A stretch of 64,000 nt of DNA from positions 1 through 64,000 of the forward strand of contig JBHLRZ010000017.1 in NCBI GenBank assembly GCA_048882045.1, given 5' to 3'. Positions 10,132 to 18,780 of this stretch are shown piece by piece. The position numbers and the translations under genes were made by a program. The stretch is from Candidatus Thorarchaeota archaeon (GTDB lineage Archaea > Asgardarchaeota > Thorarchaeia > Thorarchaeales > Thorarchaeaceae). The notes beneath the pieces were generated by a model. That model had not been told where the DNA came from. It made no database searches and saw only the letters and a list, made by a program, of their open reading frames with translations. Numbering within the stretch: the stretch's first letter is position 1; every line of letters begins with the position of its first letter.

Positions 10132-11030
10132 TTCTTCTTCCTCCCTCCTTTCTTCTTGGATGAACCCTTTCTGGGAGGTTTCATAGATTTCTTTTCTTCA
10201 ATGAAGTCTGTTAATGGTGATTGGACATCTTTGACAGTCTTTCGTTTACTCCGTATAGTCTTCTCATCAACTTCTTCGGAAACCGGCTTGCCATTCAAAG
10301 TCACTTGTTCAGTCTCGATTTCCTCTGGAATTGCTGAACGTCTGTCTATCTCATATTCTACCAGAAAATTATCGTAAGCCTCCAATAGTGGAGCAATGCG
10401 AGGATCATTTCCTGGAAGTTCATTTTCCATGACCATTTGCTCCCTAAGGAATTTACAGCCCATTCGAACCTTCTGAAGTGGAGCTAGGTCAAGTACTTTC
10501 TTTTTCTTTCCAGCTTTTTTTAGCTCGGGTTTCGCTTTCTTGAATAGAGCCATTTCTACCTCTTCTACCTCGTCGATCAGAAACCCAAAACCATCACGTT
10601 TCAGCGCTGATGGTACAAGAAGTCTAGTCTTTTTCTTTTTCAGTAGTCCTTCAACAAGCTCGATGCATCTGTTTCTAACGCTCCTTCGTCCCTCCTTCCA
10701 TGTCTTTTCTTTGACAAAGAGAGAGAGAAGGTCTGAGGTTGATATATTGAGTGCGATACTTAGAGAAAGAATATCCAATGCTCCAAAAATCGCATCTCGA
10801 AGTAGAATCAAGGTTTCTGTTGCTGATATCTTAGAGTTTTCCCGATTCCAGTAAGTTTCAATGTCTTTGTACATCCTATCCCATGGAAGGGACTTCTTGT
10901 TGGAGAAATAGCCCTTCATTAGTTCAGCGACTGCATCAATATCTCCACGTCTGCTGAGCTCAGCAATCTTGTGGACATATGCTAACCTCTTCGGTTTCGC
11001 AGTAGTTCGCTTCTTACTCAGGAGATACAA
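10128..11030 (-). CDS. Hypothetical protein with Lys-rich tail
   Basis: 300-aa ORF with a 4-bp overlap with the downstream HEAT gene. Confidence 0.7.
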   Translation of the reverse strand: MYLLSKKRTTAKPKRLAYVHKIAELSRRGDIDAVAELMKGYFSNKKSLPWDRMYKDIETYWNRENSKISATETLILLRDAIFGALDILSLSIALNISTSDLLSLFVKEKTWKEGRRSVRNRCIELVEGLLKKKKTRLLVPSALKRDGFGFLIDEVEEVEMALFKKAKPELKKAGKKKKVLDLAPLQKVRMGCKFLREQMVMENELPGNDPRIAPLLEAYDNFLVEYEIDRRSAIPEEIETEQVTLNGKPVSEEVDEKTIRSKRKTVKDVQSPLTDFIEEKKSMKPPRKGSSKKKGGRKKK

Positions 11031-11133
11031 CCTCCGGACTCATTCATCTGAACCTTTGAGGTCTATATGCCTTTTTTGATGCTGTATTCCTTGATAATAA
11101 AAAGAGATAGTATGAATCTTGCCGGTTTGGACC

Positions 11134-11655
11134 TTATCTCGATTTCAACCTATCCATCTCTTTCTCTACTCTCTCTTTATCGACCAACAATTTTCGACCT
11201 TCAGCAACTAGCGCGGCCATCTCCTGTTGGTACTTTTCCTTTGTGATGAACTTACTTCGTAGCTGAGCTTCCAACGTTTCTCGACGCTTCTTGATATCCT
11301 TCAGGGCACTCTCTATGGAACGTTTCCTTACTCTGAGCATCAGAAGATTTCGACCGTCTATCTCCTTTATCTTAGAATCACCCATTGTCTTCGTTGACTT
11401 TCTAACTGTAGCGATAGACTCTCTAAGTTCTTTCTTTGAAGGACTCTCAGTTATCTGCGGCGGTCTTGGTTTTCCAACCTTTCTAACATCTTTTTCAACT
11501 GTAGTCTTCTGAGTCTTTTGACTTTTGAATGACTGCTCTGGACTCTTCTTCGTGTGATTAGTAGTCTTTAGGTTTCTCCCCTCTGCCTTTGCCATCTTCT
11601 CCAGACTAGCCTTGTAACGTTTTAGCCTTTCTTCAGGAGAATGTTCGTATGGCAA
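11134..11655 (-). CDS. Basic coiled-coil hypothetical protein
   Basis: 173-aa K/R/E-rich ORF with a C-terminal helical hairpin 'FITKEKYQQEM'. Confidence 0.65.
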   Translation of the reverse strand: MPYEHSPEERLKRYKASLEKMAKAEGRNLKTTNHTKKSPEQSFKSQKTQKTTVEKDVRKVGKPRPPQITESPSKKELRESIATVRKSTKTMGDSKIKEIDGRNLLMLRVRKRSIESALKDIKKRRETLEAQLRSKFITKEKYQQEMAALVAEGRKLLVDKERVEKEMDRLKSR

Positions 11656-11758
11656 TTTTCAATCACTCTGACTAAATCTGTCTGCAAATATGCAGGTCCC
11701 ACTACTACCTTGAGAGCGAGTCTTTTAATCATTATTTGGGCAGAGTCAATTTGATGTC

Positions 11759-12952
11759 CTAGAAGAATGATCCGGGTGGTTCTGTCACCGTGCTTGGACC
11801 CTTCTTCTTGGATGTCTGCTTCAGTGACAGCACCTCAACGAGCTTGTATTCTTTGGAGCCCATTCCCAATTTCTCTGCATAGTCGACAGTAATGTACGGA
11901 TCTTTCAAAGGACCATTGATCCTCTGGAATGGATGGAGTCCAGGTTCATTGTGCAATCGTATAAACGGAGGAACCATACTCTCTATCAGTTCCTGCTGCC
12001 CGATCAAGTCGAGACTCGCTTGCTCAATAGCTACAATATCTCTGCTTCCAAGAACACCGATGTCATTCAGAATATTAGGTTGACCCATGCCCCAACAGTC
12101 ACAAAATGGTGTAATATCCATCAGAAAGCTGAGGAAGAATCGTTTGTTCTTATCGAATGTCTTGAGGATCTCATTTGCTCCGATTGCCATGAGTTCTTGG
12201 AAGAGAGAGAAGTTCGCTTGTTTTATCTGGAGACATCCCACATCTTTGTCTGCTTCAATACAGTCCATGCACTGAATACACATACCGAATGCTACAGTCA
12301 ATTTGTGTTTCTCTTCATCGTACTTGATGACTTCCTCTTTACATGCCTTGACCAGTTTCTTTGCATGTTCAGGTGTGCATTTGTCAGCGTCCCAATACGG
12401 GATTGACTGCTCAATCCCATGGATTTTATTCCATCGCGAAGGTCCGTGATAACCTCCCAGTGCAATGTTCTTGATGGCTCCTCCGAATCCACAGGAATTG
12501 TGACCCTTGACATGCGTGAGGTCTATCAAAACATCAGCGTCATAGAGCACTCCTCCTATCTTCAGAGTGTCGACATTGTGGAAATTCACATTGAAGTCAT
12601 AGGTGTATCCATCCTTTACACCAGCCACTGGGATGATAGGACATCCACAAGTTTCCTGAGTGTAACCTCGTTCTACAGCATTGTAAACTGCTGTGGGATT
12701 ATCTGTTATGAATGGATAACCACCCACCTTCTTCACAGCCTGAACGATCCTTCTGACAAAGAAGACAGGTACTGTCTGATAACCGTCATTGAAACCAAGG
12801 TGCATCTTGATAGCGACCTTGTCCTTCTTTTCAATCGTCTTGAAATCCAGTTTCTTAACGACTTCGTCAACCTTGGCTGCAAAGGCAGCCCACCTGCTAG
12901 TGTTGCCTTGGATGACTGATCCATAGTATACTTTCGGGGGTCCTGCGCTCAT
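11759..12952 (-). CDS. DUF362 Fe-S cluster protein
   Basis: 'KVAIKMHLG', 'THVKGH...GFGGAIKNIALG', 'CIQCMDC', 'ITPFCDC', 'DIVAIEQASLDL'. Confidence 0.88.
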   Translation of the reverse strand: MSAGPPKVYYGSVIQGNTSRWAAFAAKVDEVVKKLDFKTIEKKDKVAIKMHLGFNDGYQTVPVFFVRRIVQAVKKVGGYPFITDNPTAVYNAVERGYTQETCGCPIIPVAGVKDGYTYDFNVNFHNVDTLKIGGVLYDADVLIDLTHVKGHNSCGFGGAIKNIALGGYHGPSRWNKIHGIEQSIPYWDADKCTPEHAKKLVKACKEEVIKYDEEKHKLTVAFGMCIQCMDCIEADKDVGCLQIKQANFSLFQELMAIGANEILKTFDKNKRFFLSFLMDITPFCDCWGMGQPNILNDIGVLGSRDIVAIEQASLDLIGQQELIESMVPPFIRLHNEPGLHPFQRINGPLKDPYITVDYAEKLGMGSKEYKLVEVLSLKQTSKKKGPSTVTEPPGSFF

Positions 12953-13006
12953 ATTGTGACAGTCAGGTTTCCCTAGTTAAAATCGTTACTGAGCAAGTAA
13001 ATTGCA

Positions 13007-13075
13007 GAGAAAGGATGCAACAATAAAGAAAGACCATTAGGGATGATGCGTTGAACATTAGTTGCATCCCTTCTC
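13007..13075 (-). other. Long intergenic hairpin (15-bp stem)
   Basis: On the minus strand GAGAAGGGAUGCAAC pairs with GUUGCAUCCUUUCUC with one G-U (an A-C mismatch on plus). Confidence 0.5.
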
Positions 13076-13214
13076 ATGTCCACCACACAATCGATATCCG
13101 ACCGACTGCCCCGTGGGGGAACTACATCTATCAAGACTCTCCAATTGAATAAAAGGAGGCTGAACAACGTAAGCATTGTGTCAATGTTGGCACAACAACG
13201 CGTGCATCGAAAGA

Positions 13215-13748
13215 CTATGTCATCATATCCATACCGAACTGTCTCCGGATGAGACTCCCTAATCCAAGTCCAACCAGGAAATAAAACCCATAGAAACTGA
13301 GTCCGAAGCCACCTGCAGTTGGAGTTCCTATCATCCCAGTCAGAAATGGTAGTACATCCTGGATGTTGAATGGAATTACTGCAACAATGCTATTACCATA
13401 AATTGCATTCATCAATCCCCAGAATAGGATGAGTGGAATGTAGAAGTAACACATTGGCTTGCATCTGGCTGTCATCATTGAGCTCTGGAGTCTCATGATC
13501 CGACCTTGGTCCTCTTGGACCTGCTGCAGCAGGATGGGATCCATTGACTTTCTTGCTTCATTGAATCTTGCTTGCCATTCCTTGACTGCTGCCATGTCTT
13601 CCTTCATCTTCTCCATGTCTGAGAATCGTCTGGTCATCCAGATGGACACTAATACGATTCCTAAGGCGACGAGTGCAACAAATACGGTTGACCATGGCAT
13701 GACAGAAACAGGTGCAAAGATAGCTATGAAATCGCTCCAGATGTCCAT
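13215..13748 (-). CDS. DUF106 / EMC3-TMCO1-like (Oxa1 superfamily) membrane protein
   Basis: TM1, cytoplasmic coiled coil, 'CKPMCYFYIP', 'YGFYFL'. Start refined to MDIWSDF. Confidence 0.85.
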   Translation of the reverse strand: MDIWSDFIAIFAPVSVMPWSTVFVALVALGIVLVSIWMTRRFSDMEKMKEDMAAVKEWQARFNEARKSMDPILLQQVQEDQGRIMRLQSSMMTARCKPMCYFYIPLILFWGLMNAIYGNSIVAVIPFNIQDVLPFLTGMIGTPTAGGFGLSFYGFYFLVGLGLGSLIRRQFGMDMMT

Positions 13749-13863
13749 ATGTTTTCTCCAATCTGTCGAAACAACCTGTGTGCATTTTAAGGGTTGTCTT
13801 TCACTCCCTGGTCTGACAGTATAACAACAGCCTATAACTGTCACAAACATAGTCGCCCAGGGC

Positions 13864-14290
13864 AATACTCAACATGCGGCGTATACGCCATAGGTGTTAG
13901 AAGTCACCAATGTAAACATGCTTCTGTAAGGCTCATGTGCACAAATAATTGCAACATCACTGTAATGCAAATGGTCTCGGAAGGGGCTTATATTGGCTAA
14001 ACCAATACCCAGTAAACGCATGCATTTATGTAATGTACACGTTGGTTTTGTTTCGAATGATTTCGATATCATCGTATTGTAAACGTTACATAAATTCGCG
14101 CCAATCATAGCTCCAATAATACAAGTTTAGAAATCTCTCATTCTAAAGTGTCTTTGTATGAGCCCCTAATACTCTCTAATGCAATAGAAGCTGCCAAAAT
14201 GCATGATTTACCGCATTTTGGAAGTATTCTCAAAAAGGAAAAACGCGCGAAAAGCATGGGTGTACATATACAAACCCTATGTGCTTATAT
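13864..14290 (+). ncRNA. Candidate large structured ncRNA or leader (unknown family)
   Basis: Nested helices 13864-79/14211-28, 13912-21/14201-11, 13982-92/14157-67, 14024-36/14083-95 and 14126-32/14141-47. G-U pairs favour the + strand. Confidence 0.5.
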
Positions 14291-14342
14291 ATTGGATAAC
14301 GTGTACTTTCTCTGTCGAGACCGCCGGGAGGGTACGACGCAC

Positions 14343-14612
14343 ATGATGATGTTTAGCCGAATGCTTAGACGACAAGGATTCTATCGAGTTAAAAACCAGA
14401 CCGATCCTGTCTACATGAAACACGGTGTTGGTCTTGGTGGAATATACGTGCGAATTGAACATAAGAAAGCCCTGATACAAGTTCGGGACCTCGGAATTGA
14501 AGAAGAGTTCACCAAGGTCAAGAAGCTTGAGAATTTTATCAATGAACTTGAAGACACGGCATATCGTGAGAAGTGCTTTATTGTCCACCGAATGCGTGGG
14601 ACCGGTTCATAG
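14343..14612 (+). CDS. Small basic alpha/beta protein, possibly HicA/dsRBD-like fold
   Basis: GGAGGG upstream of the ATG. Pattern 'MLRRQGFYRV...YMKH...IYVRI'. Followed by a terminator hairpin. Confidence 0.65.
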   Translation: MMMFSRMLRRQGFYRVKNQTDPVYMKHGVGLGGIYVRIEHKKALIQVRDLGIEEEFTKVKKLENFINELEDTAYREKCFIVHRMRGTGS

Positions 14613-14644
14613 TTAATCTCCTTTCTTCTCCTCTTGCGAATCTT

Positions 14645-14668
14645 AAAGCCCAGCTCTGCTGGGCTTTT
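14645..14668 (+). terminator. GC-rich hairpin followed by T run
   Basis: AAAGCCCAGC-tct-GCTGGGCTTT(T), preceded by a pyrimidine-rich tract. Confidence 0.6.
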
Positions 14669-14728
14669 CCCCATATCCTAGTAAGCTATCTTGATAAGTC
14701 ATCCAGAAGATAATCATGCTGAGCTGAA

Positions 14729-16108
14729 TTGACAGATATTGCTCTCAGTCTACAGAATGCCATATCTGAAGGAGACTATGCAACAAGTTCGCGTTTCATT
14801 GATTGGACGATGAAAAAGGGTGCACTCATCGATCTTGTATCTGGGCTTGAAGCATTAGAAGAAGCTACATCACACACAACTCTAGAACTGAGAGACCATG
14901 TTTTCTACTTCCTTGGAATGTGGGATGTCTATTTCGCAGTACAGATGTCATCAACTGATGTGCTGAAGCTCTTGAGCATAAATGGTGTCCAAGAACGAGC
15001 TCAGGATTTCATGGTCCACTATATCAATAACCTTCTTGACCGCAAAGACCCTAGGTTTGACCAATTTTGCGTAAATATCCAGACAGTAAGCAGAGGACAT
15101 TATGCCATTCTTGTCCCCTCGATATTGGAACAAAGGACAGAAGAACTTCTCAACTGTGAAATCCAGTATCTTGATGAACCACCCCGGTTATACTGTACAG
15201 CGGACTTATTGAACACATATTATGGGCAGAAAATTGTAGCTGCGACTCATGGACAAAGGTCTTTTGATATAGTGGTCGATGAAAAGCAATTTCGGATTAT
15301 ACGAGAGAGTCTTGAATCTACAGGACTTGACATTGAAACAATGCTTGAGGAAATTGATTCAGATAATTGGGATGAATATGTAAGAAGCAGAAGAAATACT
15401 AGAATCAAGAAATATACGAGGGATGAAAAGGAGTCTCATCATGAGTTAGCAAGTGAACTGGCTGAGCTTCACAGGGTGAAATCTGCTCGCTCCAACATCT
15501 ATTCTGATGACTTCAATCAGCAAATCGCTGCTCTTCAAACAATAGATTCATCGAAGACTCAGCTATGCAATGATGTTCTATCTGACATAGCTATGAATCC
15601 TTCGCACTCACTAAGAAAACGGGCTTTGAATCAGCTAGGCAAGTCAGGTGACTTACTCACGCTTGATTTGCTTGGTGACCTTATGAAAAATGACGCATCG
15701 TCTGCAATAAGAAGGGAGGCAGCCCGTGCGTTTTCCACTCTAAGTTCGAGAGCTGCAGGACTGAAGCAGCTTGCTCCTCTGCCTTCCTCCAAACCACCAT
15801 CCGTTGATGTTTCCAGGATCAATATTGTACTCAACAATCTGATTAGTAGGAGAATGCCCGCGACAATGATCGACGAAGCTCTTCATTCGTTCGCTCTCCA
15901 AGGTGGTCAAGGATCAGGTGAGCTTCTACTGAGGCTGTTTTCGCATCCAGATGAGCGAATACGAGGAAGCATTGTGAGGACTACAAGAACTTTGGATAGA
16001 GAGAGTGCGGCTCCAATAGTCCGTGCAGCACTCCAAGACGAGTCAGTTGAAATTGTCAAGTTGGCTGAGAATGAGCTGGATTCAAGATGGCCTGATGAAG
16101 TCTGGTGA
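14729..16108 (+). CDS. HEAT-repeat (PBS lyase-like) protein
   Basis: C-terminal units 'LRKRALNQLG', 'DASSAIRREAARAF', 'HPDERIRGS', 'ALQDESVEIVKLA'. Confidence 0.75.
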   Translation: MTDIALSLQNAISEGDYATSSRFIDWTMKKGALIDLVSGLEALEEATSHTTLELRDHVFYFLGMWDVYFAVQMSSTDVLKLLSINGVQERAQDFMVHYINNLLDRKDPRFDQFCVNIQTVSRGHYAILVPSILEQRTEELLNCEIQYLDEPPRLYCTADLLNTYYGQKIVAATHGQRSFDIVVDEKQFRIIRESLESTGLDIETMLEEIDSDNWDEYVRSRRNTRIKKYTRDEKESHHELASELAELHRVKSARSNIYSDDFNQQIAALQTIDSSKTQLCNDVLSDIAMNPSHSLRKRALNQLGKSGDLLTLDLLGDLMKNDASSAIRREAARAFSTLSSRAAGLKQLAPLPSSKPPSVDVSRINIVLNNLISRRMPATMIDEALHSFALQGGQGSGELLLRLFSHPDERIRGSIVRTTRTLDRESAAPIVRAALQDESVEIVKLAENELDSRWPDEVW

Positions 16109-16109
16109 A

Positions 16110-16430
16110 AAGCAAAGGGTGACGAAACCGCCAGTCGCTGTCACTGTCGTCAATGCATCAATAGAGGTCTTGGGATTGTCATTACGCAGCCAAGTTGGTT
16201 TTTTAAACCAGCTGCGTTGTATCGTTGAGATTTCTGATTCTGTGATGTCTATTTAGGTCGCTGATGTTCCAGCGATCTCGTCTCTGTTACAAGAGGGCCC
16301 TCCGAACACTGTCCCTTCTGTCCGGAGAGCTCGCTCCACGGTCTTGCGGAAAGGTTGCATTCTACTCTGGAAGTTGACTGTTCGCGGTAGTTGTCTGAAA
16401 CGCGTGAGGAGGAGGAGAATTTTGGTTGCC
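16110..16430 (-). ncRNA. Candidate structured ncRNA (unknown family)
   Basis: 12-bp stem 16297-308/16319-30 with two G-U on minus, hairpins 16258-75 and 16184-217, long-range pairs 16160-65/16248-53 and 16152-57/16356-61. Confidence 0.45.
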
Positions 16431-16446
16431 AACCATATGGTAAGTT

Positions 16447-16528
16447 CCGCGAATTTCGCAACATATCAGATATTGATTGCGTATATCGCAATTCCGATAT
16501 TAAAATATTTGCGATATTCGCATATAAA
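16447..16528. promoter_or_regulatory. Three phased semi-palindromic operators (TTGCG-W5-CGCAA type) next to a minus-strand TATA
   Basis: GCG-N5-CGC at 16449, 16479 and 16511 (spacing 30 and 32 bp). TTTATATG on minus at 16521-16528. Confidence 0.65.
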
Positions 16529-16580
16529 GGAAATGGTATAACCGTCCAAGGAATAGTTCCTAATAGTCTTCATCCCTCAA

Positions 16581-17780
16581 TCATCGACGAATTTTCGATA
16601 CCAAATAGCCGGGTGCGGCTGCCAAAATTGCACTCCTGACTCCTCTGAGACCTGCAAGCATCTCTGCAATAACTCTAGATGACTTATCAGAGTTCATGAA
16701 TGTAGATCCCACAGAGCTAGAACCTGATTCCAAGAACCTCTTCTGTAGCCACAATCCCCACTTGAGGTCTGAACCAAATGCTTTGGTCCACTCTTTCTCA
16801 TACTCGGAGAGGGTCTTAGTTGAGAAGTCACTATCTTTGATACATCTTGCAGCTGTTTCTGCAGCCTTGAGTCCTCCCATCATCGAATAATGAATTCCTT
16901 CCCCTGAGATTGGTGAACAGTGGCATGCGGCATCTCCAGCTAGAAGAATTCGATTTCCGAACGATGGGCTTACAATTCCTGCTAGTGGCATGAGTGCTGC
17001 CTCTTTCTTCGTAATCTCTGCACCTGCGTCCTTTAACTCAGTACTGATTGGTTGAACATCACTGATAAGATAGTCCAGATAATCGAATGTTCTACGACTG
17101 CTCTCTCGGACCTTGTTCACCAGTCCACCTGTACCTACGACCGTTTCTCGGTCTCTTGGGAAATTCCAGGCGTATCCTCTCGGAGAGAACTCGCTCCCAT
17201 AGAAGAAATCGTTAGCGCCAGGTAGGGTATCTTTACACTTCATTTGATACTGAACCGCATACCCTAACTGATTGTTTGGAGGTCTCGGTCGCACAATAGA
17301 TGACCTCTGGCTTGCTGGATTTGTACCACTAGCATCAATGATGAGCTCACTTGAGAGGCTGTCACTCGCATTGTCTTTTGTGAAACGAATAGTACACGAT
17401 TCCTTTGTTGATTCTACCCAGTTGCACTCCGTACTCAGCCATATCTCTCCTGAATCTTGGGACACCTTCTCTAGTAATGCTTTACCGAAGTCCTCCCTGC
17501 TAACGTTTACTCCTACTGGAACTTCGAAATGAACCTCCCTGATGTTGAGGCTTGGAAACTTCATCCGAATAGTCTCAATGGGATATGCACCTGACATACC
17601 TTGAAGGTCGAATTCTTTCAGTGCACGACTTGGAACGTAACCTCCGCATGCTTTGTTGATTCCCGGAGAGGAGTCTCTGCTTACTAACGTGTAGGAGATC
17701 TCCAACTCTTCTAGTCGACGGGCTGCAATGAGACCAGCAGGTCCAGCACCTATAATGATAACTTCAGTATCAACGGTCAT
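16581..17780 (-). CDS. Geranylgeranyl reductase family flavoprotein
   Basis: GAGPAG, 'KACGG', 'GYAWNFP', 'LAGDAA...SPISGEGIHYSM'. Confidence 0.88.
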   Translation of the reverse strand: MTVDTEVIIIGAGPAGLIAARRLEELEISYTLVSRDSSPGINKACGGYVPSRALKEFDLQGMSGAYPIETIRMKFPSLNIREVHFEVPVGVNVSREDFGKALLEKVSQDSGEIWLSTECNWVESTKESCTIRFTKDNASDSLSSELIIDASGTNPASQRSSIVRPRPPNNQLGYAVQYQMKCKDTLPGANDFFYGSEFSPRGYAWNFPRDRETVVGTGGLVNKVRESSRRTFDYLDYLISDVQPISTELKDAGAEITKKEAALMPLAGIVSPSFGNRILLAGDAACHCSPISGEGIHYSMMGGLKAAETAARCIKDSDFSTKTLSEYEKEWTKAFGSDLKWGLWLQKRFLESGSSSVGSTFMNSDKSSRVIAEMLAGLRGVRSAILAAAPGYLVSKIRR

Positions 17781-17843
17781 TGGAATACTTCTATGGTTAC
17801 ATGACGTACTAATAATCTTGGTTAGAAATGTGATTAATGATGT

Positions 17844-18392
17844 CTATGTCTCATCATTACGTGGTTCAACAGGTATCGAGTAACCACTTAGTTTTCTCAC
17901 ATTCATCATTTCTTTAGCAAGCCACTCAAAATTCTCCATGAAATCTAATCCTGGTCCATAATCTGGTCCTGTTCCAACATCCTTCTTCCGCAGTTCTTTG
18001 ATAATGGTTTCGAACTTTAGCCACATCATGATAATTCTGAGCCCTAGCATTCGTTGAACCATTTTTACATCCACTATATTCTCCTTCACAAGTATCCCTA
18101 AACCGTCATAGATACTCCATAAGGACATTCTTTTTGCTGCTTCATCCGGATTTGTCCAGGGCCCGTATTTTTGCATATAGTCTTCCATATCTTCCCATTG
18201 AGTCGACATTAGATCCCAGAATCTTTTGTAGCTCTCAGAATCGACGCTCGTTTGATAGAGATTCATGAACATTTCTGTTTGTCTTGATTTTCGATTTCCT
18301 CTCACCGTAATCACATAGTATGAGAATCCTGCTAGAACTCCAAAGACAGTCACAATGTCTCCCAACAGTTGAAGGATTTCTAAATCTTGCAT
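17844..18392 (-). CDS. DUF4760-like protein with N-terminal TM helix
   Basis: N-terminal hydrophobic helix and 'YDGLGILVKENIVD...ENFEWLA' pattern. Confidence 0.6.
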   Translation of the reverse strand: MQDLEILQLLGDIVTVFGVLAGFSYYVITVRGNRKSRQTEMFMNLYQTSVDSESYKRFWDLMSTQWEDMEDYMQKYGPWTNPDEAAKRMSLWSIYDGLGILVKENIVDVKMVQRMLGLRIIMMWLKFETIIKELRKKDVGTGPDYGPGLDFMENFEWLAKEMMNVRKLSGYSIPVEPRNDET

Positions 18393-18559
18393 TTCGAGTC
18401 TCCAGAATAGAATTCGCTCCATTTGTTATAAGTGTCAAGAAATGGGTTAAATCTCAACAATTCATAGAGGAAGCTTCGAACTAGGGAAACTTCCCATAAT
18501 TCGATTTGATGCAATACTAAATGTACGTTTTCACAATTTGGATGCTCACAAATAGAACT

Positions 18560-18780
18560 GAAAAATGTACGTGTACCAGTCCGCGTCGCCACGCACTCAA
18601 GGTTTACTCCGGGCCAGCTCGGAGTCCTTCACTGGACCGGTACACGCTTAATCGCGATTTCCGATTGAGTAAACGCTTAATCCCGTGGAGTACACCTTTG
18701 CGAAGGAGGAGAGAGGATGAACAGAGAGAGACGCATCCTCAATCGGATTTCGAGAAACCCTAACTCCGGCCAGTGTCTTT
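18560..18780. ncRNA. Candidate GC-rich structured RNA element (strand uncertain, minus favoured)
   Basis: Stems 18570-82/18634-46, 18606-11/18620-25, 18660-69/18738-47 and 18713-19/18734-40. Ends in ACA plus T5 on minus. Confidence 0.45.

Noticed and set aside
14148-14342. N-terminal extensions in the ORF track (14148, 13865, 18773, 24304, 450 starts)
   Set aside because: Downstream ATGs fit RBS position or family N-termini better, and several extensions overlap structured or promoter sequence.
16092-16150. Hammerhead-like CTGATGA...GAAAC
   Set aside because: CTGATGA lies within the HEAT CDS (PDE codons). Stems I and III do not pair properly and there is an extra A in the core.
16106-16228. 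Selenocysteine read-through of the HEAT gene TGA into a CHCRQC-containing extension
   Set aside because: HEAT proteins are not a known selenoprotein family, no SECIS consensus is seen, and the downstream structure is polarised to the opposite strand.
18756-18764. AACCCTAAC, resembling a telomerase template
   Set aside because: A given 9-mer is expected about 0.5 times by chance in 128 kb of both strands, and no reverse transcriptase is in the window.
13864-18780. RNase P RNA, SRP RNA, cobalamin riboswitch or group I/II intron as the identity of the structured elements
   Set aside because: No GAGGAAAGUCC P4 motif, SRP helix-8 motif, complete B12 box or domain V seen. Only fragments such as ACTGTAA, GGAAGG and ACAGAAGGG occur.
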